Positions 13,017 through 44,404 of a DNA stretch of 64,000 bases are shown in pieces. Source of the DNA: Bugula neritina (taxonomy: Eukaryota > Animalia > Bryozoa); contig OZ037770.1 of NCBI GenBank assembly GCA_964035545.1, positions 13,196,642 to 13,260,641 on the forward strand, written 5' to 3'. The translations under genes were made by a program, and so were the position numbers. A model generated the notes under the pieces. That model saw only the letters and a program-made list of their open reading frames with translations, was not told the DNA's origin and did no database searches. Each line of letters begins with the position of its first letter. Within the stretch, counting starts at the first letter, position 1.

Positions 13017-13889
13017 GACCTCTCTACAATTTAAATAAATACTATATTTTATTTTAATGTTTTTAATAACAAAATGTTGAAAGCTGGTACTGCTTTGGTA
13101 CAATTCTGAATTCATGAGCAAATATGCAAACTTGTAAAGTTAACATTTTAATCAAAAACTTTAAACTATTTTAGATTTAGCTAATACAAATTTTTTAACA
13201 TCAAGTATACGACTATGTCAGTTAGGAACCAAATAAAAATTATTATTAATTAATCTTAATTTATCTCCATTTATAAATTATAATTAATTTCACATGGTTC
13301 TAATTTGCTTACCTTTGTGAAAAAGAAGGTTTAATGAAGTAAAAACAAACTGAAATCTGAATTTAAAAAGCGTTCAACTTTGAAGAATGTGTAATCTGAT
13401 TTTGTGTGCAAGTGTGACTGTGAGACTGAGTGCTAGCAGTAGTACAGACTCAGAGTAGCCTTAGCCTATGGCTGTAGCATATTCCTAAAGTTGAACTGGT
13501 TTGTAATGCCAAATAAATAATTTAATTATTATTTGAATCTTTGAAATTTTTTAATGATACTAGAACTTAACAAAGTGGCTATTTTACTCAGCCCTGTTGA
13601 TCTACTGGTTTAATGAAAACTAGAAGTAACCAATCTGACAACGTTGACTAATGCCTTATCACAGGAAGCAATGGTTGTCACAACAACTAATTCATTTTCG
13701 CCTGCTTGCGCACACTTTGTTATGTTTCGTAAACTAAATGTAAATATTTTCAAATTGTATTTTTTTTTAATTTTGCTTTTTTTTAAATTTATGTATTTTA
13801 AATTTTTATTTTACAACTTTGATGTTTTTTCAAAATTATAAACGTTCAGAGCTAAGGCCGACAGCTTCCGTTCTAGTAGATATTCAGAA

Positions 13890-14800
13890 TGCTAATACTA
13901 GTAATACTTATACTAAGTCCAAGTCTAATAGTAATACTGTAGTAGGAATACTAATAGTAATTGCTAATTAGTACTTACATTTTGTACTCGTAGCAGCAGT
14001 AATTAAACTTGAAGTTTTCAATATTTTCAATACCATTGCTTTGCAGTCAGCACTAACTCAAAATATAATAAACTTAAAGTTAAAGTAAATGTAGACTGTA
14101 GGCCTAGTGGCTAGTACTTATACTTATAGTTATTAACTGTAATACTAATACTAATGGCAATACATAGTAGTACTAATAGTAATACTAATAGTAATAGTTA
14201 CTAGTAAGACTAATACTAATAGTAATAGACATAGTAAGAGTAATACTAACACTAACAGTATAAGTATTACTAGTAAGTAGTAAGGTAATACTAAAGTAAT
14301 GGTAACACTAATACTAAGAGTAAGTCTAATACTAATAGTAATACTAATAGTAATAGTAATATAGTACTCAGTATGGGTATAAGTTATAACTATTAGTAAT
14401 ATTAATACTATAACTATCACTATGGGACCAAGTTGGAGTATGACTATGTCAGTGTGATAGGTAGATACACTTTCACTTTCTTGCTACTAGTACTAGTACT
14501 ACTAGTATTAGTAGTAGTACTACTATGACTTAGGAAGTTATGAGTATTAGTATCACTACACACTTGTGCTTTGACTTACAATTTACATAAATATTATTAT
14601 TAGTATTACTACTATTACTATTAGTATTACTGTACTATTAGTATTACTAGTACCTTTAGTACTAAGTCTAATGCTAGTTAGTAGTTACTAGTAGTAGTTA
14701 GGCATCGTAATATAAATAAATACTAATTAGTCATTACCAAGTCTTAGAATTCCTACTTACTAGTTTAGTCATACTGATACTAATAACTAATACCAATGGC
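13890..14800. repeat. Low-complexity degenerate (AGT/ACT/AAT) region
   Basis: Degenerate trinucleotide-like repeats; explains spurious ORF 14151-14420. Confidence 0.7.
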
Positions 14801-16039
14801 AATGTTGATACTTATAGTCATGCTGGCACTGTTAGTCATAGTGATCATTATACGCATAGTCTAAGTCATGCTGATATTGATACCCATGCATTCATGGTAA
14901 TAGTTATATTTATATTTAAATTTATAATAAATGTTATCCACGTACTAGTACTAAATCTACAAGCAATAACTAATAATAATACTAATATGATATTGGCTTA
15001 CTACTTAAGTTACTGTTAGTAATACTTTTCTTTGTACAAGCCTTTTGTGCTGTCATTAGTTATATTACATTGCATTGACTGACTATAATACTCAGTATCT
15101 CTATGAGTATAAGCGTGGCTGTCTCACTCACTGACCAATTATTATTTTGATAACTACAACTTTGATAAAGATTATAAATAAATTTTTTCGCGAAATGCTT
15201 ATAGTAACTGTTTGTGTTAGTTTAAATAATCATTAATGAAGTGCTCTAATTTTGTATTTCTTATATTAATATTACAATTATTTTCTTTCACAGAATATAA
15301 TATTTATGCAAAATAAAATAATATATGGTATTTGTATTGTAAAAAAATAACACTGAACTTTTGTCATCTATTTAAAGTGGCGTCTGTTGCGTATTCAATC
15401 ATATGCCTGAAACTTTTGGTGTTTGTGGTCTTAGTTGGTGATGTGAATGAGGAGTGGCTAGTCAACTTTCCATCTTCAGATAATTTAGGTGAGTAGTTGG
15501 AGTTGAACCTCTGGGTTGGTTATTGGATTTGTTATATCGAAACAAACTTTTTTGTTTTAAAAATAAGGAAGTTGAATTTCCATTAGCAGCACTTTTAATT
15601 GATCATTTTGGAATAAGAGAGCTGTGATTTGCATAACCTATTTATAACAAGACACTTTGATGGAATGGAGAACAATCTAGCGCGTTAACTATATTCTTAC
15701 AAATTCTTTTGGCATGCTGCTACATATTTCGCTCTGTTTTCTCAAAATCTAAAAGTCTGATAGCAATATTAGCATCACTGGCCCTGCAACTTGTATAACA
15801 CGATATTGAACTTGAATACTTAGACATGAGCTCTATGAGTAAGATGTTTATGGGACCCTCGAATAATGCTGGTACTGTGTTGCCTCATACTTCTAGTTGC
15901 AAACAGAATATCTTAACGCTACAACTATGACATGCACTCAGCTCTTCTAGCTGTGAATTCAGTCACTACTTTTTAGTGGAATATCTCTAATATTATAGCT
16001 ATTAAGAGAGTATCAGTGAGGGTGGATATAGTACTTTTT

Positions 16040-16040
16040 G

Positions 16041-16122
<82 letters not shown>

Positions 16123-16352
16123 CAGCAGCAGCAGTAGCAGCAGCTGCAGTAGTAGCAGCAGTAGTAGCAGCAGTAGTAGCAGTAGTAGTAGTAGTAGTAG
16201 TAGTAGTAGCAGTAGCAGTAGCAGCAGCAGCAGCAGTAGTAGTAGTAGTGATAATACTACCCCCTCATAGTAGTAGTAGTAGTAGTAGTAACAGCAGTAG
16301 TACTAGTAGCAGTAGTAGTAGCTGCAGTAGTAGCAGCAGCAGTAGTAGCAGT
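16040..16352. repeat. (AGT)n/(AGC)n compound microsatellite
   Basis: Directly visible; gives rise to the poly-S and poly-V pseudo-ORFs. Confidence 0.95.
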
Positions 16353-17653
16353 GATATACTAATGATAGTACTCGTTATAATGTGAAAGTAGTACTAATAG
16401 TAGCTGTAGTTGCAACACTATTGTGTTGCTATATTTGTGGTTAAAGATAAAAATAGCTAGTTTAGGGAAAACACAACAGCTCCATATATAATGTACTCAT
16501 AAATAGGACAAAATATTATAATTAGAAAACAACATAGTAGATAAATTATTTAGTAATAATATATTAAATTCCTAGAGCTCCAACAAGTATGAAGTAAATG
16601 CTAAATACCATAACGTGCAGACCACAGACATATTTACTGTCCAGTTAAATGGGTTGCAGATGATAATTATTATATCATTGGTATGCTATGCTGCATTAAT
16701 TAAGCAATCTTACTACTAAATTACCATATAATGGAGCGTAGTGTTCTCCAAGCAGGAGGATGGGTGAATGGGTAGTCTTAGTTACTATCTGCTACTCTTG
16801 GCATTTGAAACATCTGCTAGAAATTTATTACTGCTAGCTCAGTTTCTTCAACGTTGAAAATATTATAAGTTTTAGGGGGGGCAACTCTAGCAACTTGATG
16901 CAAACATTCTTATTTGTCAATTCAATTAGTAGAAGATGATGATTTTTCAACAATAAAGATGGCTTGAATGTAATTATATAAACTTTAAAGAATATCTTGT
17001 AAAATAGAAAATTTATTCAACTCCATTGATTAGTGTTTCAGTGTATAAATTTCATAAAAAAGTTGTTTAACAAATTCTTGTCCTGTTAGAAAATAGAAAT
17101 ATAAACTAGATATTTTTGCTGTGATGTAATATTCATGTAGACCTTGCATCTCAAATGCTCTGTGAAGTCAATACTGTTGAAATGAATTGGTAGAATGCAT
17201 GCTTGATGCTGCATAGGGGTGGCTAACCTGTGTTTAAATGAGTTTACAATACTTCTAAATCGATAATGTGCATACAAACAGGCTGCCTAGCATCACTTCA
17301 GTGTCACCTGAAAATTATCAATATTCAAGTGTTCCTGAACTCTATTTCTAATAAACTCAGGGATTATAATTCCAGCTGATGTCGTCACAACTTGCTGCCT
17401 TCAGTTAAAAATAGAACACGAGTAATATTAGTGCCTCGGGCAACCAAGAGCCATTAGGTTTGCTAATGAGTGATGCTTGAGTAGGTAGATGAAGGCAGGC
17501 AGTTTATAACAGAGTTCATTAGTAGTATTGCTTGCTGCGAGCCAGTGTGTACACTTGAAGTGGTGTCATTAGCTTCAGAGTTTTTCTCTGCCAGTTTTTG
17601 GCAAGTAGCGCAAGGTACTTGTAAGTGGTTGTCATGTTTTAGCTTGCAGGAAG

Positions 17654-36223
<18,570 letters not shown>

Positions 36224-38423
36224 ACGGGGGTTGTCTACTCACTAGTGGTACTGCTAAATACGGCTAAATACAGCATGATGTGATGAATGTCGTGGTTCAA
36301 AATGATTGACTGGATGATTGCATTATTTTTCCTACTAAAGTTGTTTTATAATAGAGCAACAATCTCTAGACTAACTATGTAATGTATATCGATGGTTTTG
36401 TGTGGAAGAGGTCAGGCGCTGGCGTCTGACATAGGATGTAAAATTTCTACTGTCCTTTTAATCCTTAGTTCCCCTCAGTACTAACAGATTCTGCTAGTCA
36501 ATTAGAAAATGTGTTAGGAAGTAATTGAATTCAATTACCGGCACTTTAGGGTAATAATTGACTTCTTGTTCACTTTCATGGGGGGAGACAATTCAATGAT
36601 TTGCTCTTACTCCAAGACTAGTTTTATCATATTCTTGCTTGCTGCTGTACAGATTTAATGTTGCTTTAGCTAGTTGTTATTGTAAGGAAGCTGCTGAAGT
36701 TGTAGAACCTATTTTATAATATAATCATAGGCATTTAGCATATTACATAGATTTGTGTCGAAAAGTTGCATTTATATAACGATTTAGATGAAGAGCATTG
36801 GTTGTAGAGCAGACATTCAACGCTGCTTAGTGTTTTATAACTTCTATAATGTCATGCATCTGTTTTTAAAAACTTAATTTGATCAAGTTTTAATATTTAT
36901 TTGGCGATTGATATCAAATTGAGATTAAGTTAGTGGAGAGTAACTCTGCATTATATTTTTGTGTTGCCCTCGTAATATTTTGAAAGCTAAATTATTTTAA
37001 ATTTCAGGATATAAATAAATTTTACATATTTTATTATTTCAATCTCTTTTTAGTTAGAAAATTCTGTACTAGTTGTTTTTCTTGAAAGTAGCATTTTGAA
37101 TTATGCAATAAAAGTTTTAGAAAACATCCCAGTTTGCATAATATTGTTAGGAATGTCTTGGGGGTGATGTAATGATATTTATTTTGTCAAGTGATATGAC
37201 CAGTTAGTAGAGAAAGAAGTGTTTCATGATTTACTTTTTCTATACTGCAGCATAGATTTATTTGTGTCAAAAAATATCTCGACCTAAAGGAAGTGCCAAA
37301 CTAAAAAATGAAAATCATGCAGTGAAGTACCCTGTAAATACAGTATTGAATCTCAAACCATTCGCATTTAATTAATCAGCAAGACAAGTTACGTGGTTGG
37401 CATATATTTACGTGTTATGCGTTGAGAGTGCCAAACTTCCTCCCTTCGATTGATCTACTTCACATCAGAGTCTGTCACTTGTAACATCTTAGATTTTTTA
37501 CTCAAAAATCGGATGCCAAATCTAAGTGAAACGGACTTCAAGTTGTATAAAATTTACGCAATTGACGCACAGAATATCTCCGGTGTATATGCTGGTACGT
37601 AGTCATTCAGTTCACGTGCTGCTGCATGCAGTTGCTGAGATGTTCCACGTTGGCCCTCCATACAAATAGTGTAACTCAGCAATGCTGACACCCTACATAT
37701 CTGTACAAATCGTATTCTTGGCAAAACTTTTATTCATGGCACAGGTAGGGCGTAAGTAATTTGGTTACATAAACTGTATTCATGCTTTTGGGTTATATTT
37801 GAAAAGCATTGAAACAGCCCTGCCACTTTCCCTGATTGACTCATTTGCTATATATGAATGTGCAAATGAAGCCTACACAGCATAACTATCCTACGAGAAA
37901 CACTGCAGTGCTTTGCTTATTGGGGACTTTTACTTAGCAAATATTATCTTAGATCTTTTTGTGGAGGGAAGAAAATATTTTTCAGGCGGTTTATTTGCTT
38001 TGGAGACTTGCCGAAAACGTTATAATTGAAATTCTCAAGTGCAGTACATTTGATCAGGAAGTTTTATGCCTGCCTATTCAATTCCATGAGCAGGCAAAAA
38101 CTTTCCAATTGTTTTATTTCTTTTATGATATTCACAAGTACTTGCATGGGTTATTTTTGGCAAAGAAACAATGGAAAGCTATTCAGATATGAATTTCTTG
38201 CATTAATAACAAAATTAGAGCTTATTGGTATTTCAGGCATAAGTAAACAAGACTTCGTGTGAGTTATTTAGTACAGGTAGCTAAACCTTCACCTTCCTGG
38301 CCATAATCTCATGCATACTAATTCTGCAAAAAAGAAAGTCAACTGTTCATAAATTCAAAAGTTAGGAGATATAGTTTTGCTCATTGCAGTCAAGCAAGTG
38401 TGTCACAGCAAGTTATGAAATCA

Positions 38424-38615
38424 GGCGTGTGACTTGTTGCAGCAGGCGTGTGACTTGTTGCAGCAGGCGTGTGACTTGTTGCAGCAGGCGTGTGACTTGT
38501 TGTAGCAGGCGTGTGACTTGTTGCAGCAGGCGTGTGACTTGTTGCAGCAGGCGTGTGACTTGTTGCAGCAGGCGTGTGACTTGTTGCAGCAGGCGTGTGA
38601 CTTGTTGCAGCAGGC
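38424..38615. repeat. 21-bp minisatellite (GGCGTGTGACTTGTTGCAGCA) x9
   Basis: Near-perfect tandem copies with no spacers. Confidence 0.97.
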
Positions 38616-39989
38616 ATCTGCTAGTTCAAAGCTTCTATTAATCTTTTTCAATTAGTTTTTTGGTTTAGAATTCACAAGGCCCGCCCATGTACTACGAGCT
38701 GTATTCTTTACAATTAGTAGTCACTTGATAGATATTTCAATTACACATGCTAATTATTCGCGAGAACAATGGTTGCCAAGCCTTTCTATTCAGAGACATG
38801 CTTCATATTCCGCCTACCTTAGAAATCAGAGAGAGGCTTCGCCCTGCACAAGACAGATGAGATATTAAACCAACTTGTATCCATTTTGGGAATGATTTGC
38901 TATTCATGTAATTTTTAAAGGTGGGACTTTCTACACCAAGGAAATTCCAAAGCACCTCAGTTGTATATAAAAGTCTATAACATGATAAGGGTAGTTTACA
39001 CCCCTCTCCCGCCCTTTCAAGTTATATTTATATACAAATTCTTGGGTTATGTATAACATAAAGCTACACCCTCATACAAAAACTGGAAGCGATTTTTCAA
39101 TTTGTAGACGTAGATTTTTGTTGCAAAACTTTTAGCTTATGGCAGAACTACGAAATTAAGGGCTCAGACCGAGGATTGTGCATATATTTGTGCCCCTTAA
39201 TGACTTTGATGAGATCAGCTGGTAGACTGGGAGTAAGTCACTTGTGGTGGGTGACGTGGTGGTGGTTTGGTGGTGGTGGGTGCAGCACTCAATTACCTCC
39301 AGAGTATTGCCAAAACTAAGTCTCCCCAGGTGTTTTTTCTGTCCTTGTTTAGGCTCTGAATTGAAAGTTAGCTTGAAATCTGCTATTGAGAGGAAGAGAT
39401 TAGAGAAATTTCTAAGTCTGAAAGACTGTTATTATTGCAACAGGCTATTATTATGTTACCATATCAAAATTTACCAAATCAGCATGGGTGCATGTGGAAG
39501 TATAACTGCACAATACATAAGTCTTCGGCAAGTAAATCACATTTGATTGATTGTTACTACTACATAAAAATAACTGAGAATACAAGTATATGTTCTGTGA
39601 TTATGGGAGATTAACAAAAATTTCCAGTTTAAGAAAAAATTCTTTAAAGTTTAAACTATAATATATGCAGTGGCCTGAGTTAGCAAGACTTTTGCATTTA
39701 CTTTACCGTTTAGAAAAGCCAATTTTCTATATAAGGATATGTATGATTGTATTTATTGTAGTTGGCATTACTTTTATCAATTTTATTATCTTTGGCAGCG
39801 TGGATCTGTTGACAGCACTTGTCCAATGACGTAAATATGCAAATATTGTCTGGTGAATCATCACTGACATTACCTTATAAGTATGTATCTACCTTGCCAC
39901 ATGCCAAGAGCATAATATTTCCTAAGAGCATTTTTGCTAGCAGCGGTGTTACCTAGCTACATGTTAGGGGTAGCGCTTGTTCAAAGCCT

Positions 39990-40075
39990 CCACTCCTGTG
40001 AGAACCCAACCCTGATGATAAGGGTTTTAAGAAAGCTAGGGACATGTACCTCTTACCAAGCAGGCAACTTGGTTC
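39990..40075 (-). mobile_element. SINE family B 3' fragment (very degenerate)
   Basis: cctgtgagaacccaaccctgatgataagggtttt..gctagggac resembles the 3' part of the 55800 copy. Confidence 0.5.
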
Positions 40076-43000
40076 TTGTATTGAAAACTGGCTTGTCCGA
40101 AAAGTTTTAAAAGTTTTTTTAATTTTCGGCCAATTTAGTGTAAAATTAAATCTACTTTTCAAGTTTAAGTTGGTGACGTTGTTTAAAGTAGAAAAGAGGG
40201 AATTGTCTGTTTCAACATTTACATTATTCACAACTGTATATTGATTAGTTTAACTCCATGATGACTGTCTAAGAATTTAGCCAAGACTCTGCTCAATCCT
40301 TCTCAGTTTCGAATAAATTACAAGCCAGAGCCCAGATATCATTCACATATACTATTTTAATATTATTGTCTAAATATTATACAAATATTACCCATATATC
40401 ATCTAAATACTGTATATATATCATCTAAATACTATCCATATATCACCTAAATACTGTATATATATCGTACAAATTATGTCTAGATATCAACTAAACTCAT
40501 TCACACATTATTAATATGTTATTGTTCAAAAGGATTATAAGTCATGGGCAGATGGCTCAACAGATTGGAAGAGAAAACTTGTCAATACTTTATAATCTCT
40601 GTCTGCTCAGTTTACTTCTGCTAAACTCTACCTGTTTTCTCCTGCCATCTGACACACAGCAGCTTGTTGTTGCAGGTGCTCCATAACATGTTTATGCTCC
40701 AGAGTCCACAGCCTATAAAGTATTCAGCCAAAGACGCTGCCAAAACATAGCCAAGTGATGCCTTGCTTTGCTGTTTACTTTTTATGAAATCATACTAATA
40801 TTATAACGGAGAAAGTCAAAAATGCTTATAAAATGCACAACATGCTATTCAATAACACAAATATTATTATTTACTTATTACCATCATGTTTATTTATGTG
40901 GTTTGATAAGAAAATTGCAGACTGAGTAGGTGATGTCACAGGAATGACATTCATTGCTCAGTGCTTGGAAGCACCTGCCTTGGGTATTCACTGAACTTAG
41001 CTGTTTAATATTTCCTCTGCATCTCTGAACAGTGGAGTGACAGGACTATAGCAACAAGCTTCTTAACTCAAATAATGGGATTGTTTTAGTCATTGGGTTA
41101 CACCCAGCTTCTGGCTTTTGGTATTCATAAAATCCAAACTTGAAGTTCCTTCATAAATGTTGTCTCTGGGTTAGAATGCACATATAGGTGGTTCTGATCA
41201 AATATTTTTAAAACATCGGGGAAAGATTCATACCCCCTTCTTTCACTCATTAGGTTTTTACTCTCTCTCTTTTTTAAATACACAATTCTATTAAAACTTG
41301 AACTTTCAAAAATCTTGTGTTTTAGTTTTTTCATAACTTCAAAGTAAATTCTGGCTACCTTATTAGTAAACTATGTGACCTACCAATTCATTCAAACGCT
41401 GTTTCAACATTACGTACAGTAAAGCAGTGGTTCAAATTTACCAGTGGAGGCAAATATTTTACAAAATCCACACAAGAAACAAGTGCCCCCCCCCCCTCTA
41501 GACATTAATTCAACCCCCTTTCCCCAGTTCAGCCTTCACCCCTGCAGCTGTTAGTAATGTAAATCTATTAATAGGAGATCAATGCAGCACGCATAAAGTA
41601 CAGCAACAGTTCTAAAAATAGGTTTCAAGCAGCATGCATAATCATACTGTTGTAAACAGTGTAGTATCATCAGTTCCTTAACAACATCTTACACAATATA
41701 ATTCAATACAAGATGCGCAACAAAAGGTGGTAGATGTGATATCATTGGACAAAATCATAACAAACATCTTTTACAAGAATGTGGTGATTAGGTCCAGGGA
41801 GCAGTGAATTATTTCAAGCTTCAAGTAGTTCCTTGAAAGCAAAATAATTCCCCAGGTTACTCTCGTGTAGTCAGGAGAACTTTTGCTGTCAACAAGTTGA
41901 CTTGTTATTTTCATGATTTTAATAATCATTGTCCTGAATGATCTTCATTTAATTATTATCTTATGCTGTTTATCAAGAGTTGCTTCAGTTAGTCACGAGA
42001 AAGTCAGTGCAGAGTATCAAAAGATAATGGGACTACCATGTGACCTAACAACATGCAGCGTTTAGTAACTCATCCAGCTTTACTAGCAATGCTGTGACCT
42101 CTGTTACTAGTGCAAACTGCTTTTGTACCTTTTCACTTGAGGCCTTTAAGTTTTGAATGTTTCAATAATTACATAATAATTATAGTTGACTGTATTTGAC
42201 AATTTACTTAGACACATAGTTATGTCTTGAGCTTTTATTTAGGTTCAGTGATGAAGAAATTTTATTATAGCCTAAGCTCTTTCATTTCCTTGTTGATTTT
42301 TGGTTTAGGGCTTGTGTGGAATTTCTCATGAGAACGCAACTCATTTTGCTGCACATTTTATTTATAAAATAGGCTTTTCTTTATAGTTACCATTACTACA
42401 TCTCCCAATCTATGTGTATGGTCAACTAGCCGCTGGCTTCACTCAAATTATGAGTAACTGTGTCTTATTATTTTATACATGCTGGTAGTTTTTATAGCTT
42501 TTGACACACAGATGACAAAATATTATACAAACAATAAATATTTTCCTCTATGGTGTGTCACAATAGTCATATAACCTTTACGGTAGAATTTAATTACTAG
42601 TTGTGTAGTAGCCGTGCTGTTGTAAACAATACAAAGGCTTAGGACTATGGAAAATTGTGAATATGATTTGTGTTTGGGAGTTTTCTCCCTATTTATAAGG
42701 TAAATTTACCAACATTCATAGCTTCAGCCTCCTTTCAAAGGGCTATATATTTCAAGTGGCTTATAGTAAGGAAACTTGGGTTATATTTTTATCAAGTTAT
42801 ATGACTTGGTGTAATAGACAGCACTATAAATGTAGTTCAACTTTCTTAAGTCATCAGAAATATTTAAGAACATGTTTCCTGTTTTAGGCAAACTGGGGTT
42901 TACATAACAAATAACAGCATATTATATGTAATTAGTAGATCAAATGAATGTATTGCGTATTATGTTGCTTCACTAATAACATATTAATTGCCTGCTGCCA

Positions 43001-43529
43001 TCAATAAATGACATGGAATACGTCACACAGCACTAGATAATGATATACTCGTTAAGTAGTTTATCAGTTTGGATATTGAAGATTATTTTGTAATTCATTG
43101 CTAGTTATGACTTATGGCACAATATCGCAGCAGTGAAATGAATTATACAATATAGTAATATATACTATTGACCGGTCAAAGTACGTTTTACGGAGAGCAG
43201 CATAACATGATGACTAATGAGTCTAACATAGCTCTTATATTTGCCTGTATACTTATCCTCAGTACTAATTGAATGATTACACGGCTCAGTAATGCTGGAT
43301 GTATAACCTGAGTGCATGAGTCATGGACAGAGTACTAGTTTGCCGTTGGTACAAATAAGTAGTTAGTACGCATAGTGTTTATTGCTAAGACTATTCAATA
43401 CATGAATGGAATGTATCAATGATTACATCATAAAAGATTCAGCAGCAATGAAGACCAGAAAAAAAGTAACAGCATGAAGCATGCTAAAAATAAATAAATT
43501 TGAAAAAATAAAATCAATTTGGAAGTGGG

Positions 43530-44222
43530 TCATGAAGTACAGCTAAGTAACTGACTATGACTAGTTGCTTCACTTAGTAGACTACTTAAACTACCTTCTA
43601 CACTGTGTAACCCGTTCACTGAACTAAGACTGCTAATTCCATAACTTTCAGTGTCTGAACTATCAGATTCGCACTCCTTCTCTAAAATAATGTTCTCAGG
43701 GATTTCATCAATTGTTTCCATAATCGACCCGATATTGGAAACAGTCCGCCTTCGACATCTCTTCGGACTGACTGATGGCGGAGAGTTACTGTTTAGTGAC
43801 TGTTTCCTACTAGTTATGCTGATGTTTACAGGAGCACTGTGTCTATTTGTATTGGCTTTACCCCTGAACTTTGGTTGATATGGTGTGGACTGTACACTAG
43901 TTGGAGCAGCTGTGTTAGCTGTAATTGCACTGGTTGATTTCGCGGAGTTGCAGAAAAATCTTTTGATAGCGTGTAATATGTTCCGTTTACTAATACTATG
44001 CTGATCATCAGTTATATTAGTCAAATCAAGATGAGTGTCGAGAAATCTCGGGCTATGGACTCTTTGTAAAGTAGGGTGTGTAGGTACTCCTGTACACAGT
44101 TTTTCACTTTCCCTTTGTCTTTTTGCCCTGTGTTTCTGAATAACTTTCTTAATTTGTTGTTCTCTGTACGACTTTGCATCGACAAATGGCATACGCCCGT
44201 CCACGGCTACTGGATACATCAT
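43530..44222 (-). CDS. Uncharacterised 230-aa Ser/basic-rich, probably disordered protein encoded in a single coding exon
   Basis: Long non-repetitive ORF in AT-rich DNA. Acceptor ttaatttttcag lies just upstream of ATGATG, with an upstream donor CAG|GTATAG at ~44498, a TATA-like TATATAA at ~44625-44631 and AATAAA at ~43378 on the - strand. Confidence 0.7.
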   Translation of the reverse strand: MMYPVAVDGRMPFVDAKSYREQQIKKVIQKHRAKRQRESEKLCTGVPTHPTLQRVHSPRFLDTHLDLTNITDDQHSISKRNILHAIKRFFCNSAKSTSAITANTAAPTSVQSTPYQPKFRGKANTNRHSAPVNISITSRKQSLNSNSPPSVSPKRCRRRTVSNIGSIMETIDEIPENIILEKECESDSSDTESYGISSLSSVNGLHSVEGSLSSLLSEATSHSQLLSCTS

Positions 44223-44345
44223 GATTCTAATTCAGTCAGATCTGAAAAATTAAATTACACATTTTTATTAATCTTTTGAACGTTGCAATATTAATAATAA
44301 TTATTATATAAAGTTACGAAGAAGTATTCTAATACATCTATGAAT

Positions 44346-44404
44346 AATGAATATACTTGTTATTATAATATTAATTTAATATTATAATAACAAGTATATT
44401 CATT
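44346..44404. repeat. Perfect 59-bp AT-rich palindrome (28-bp arms)
   Basis: AATGAATATACTTGTTATTATAATATTA-att-TAATATTATAATAACAAGTATATTCATT. Confidence 0.95.

Noticed and set aside
16016-16385. Poly-Ser and poly-Val ORFs
   Set aside because: Translation of an (AGT)n microsatellite.
38384-38651. Repetitive ORFs (RRVTCCS, PAATSHT, ACCNKSH) and a possible CRISPR array
   Set aside because: Pure 21-bp tandem repeat with no unique spacers. All frames are open only because the unit is a multiple of 3 with no stops, and no splice or start context supports a gene.
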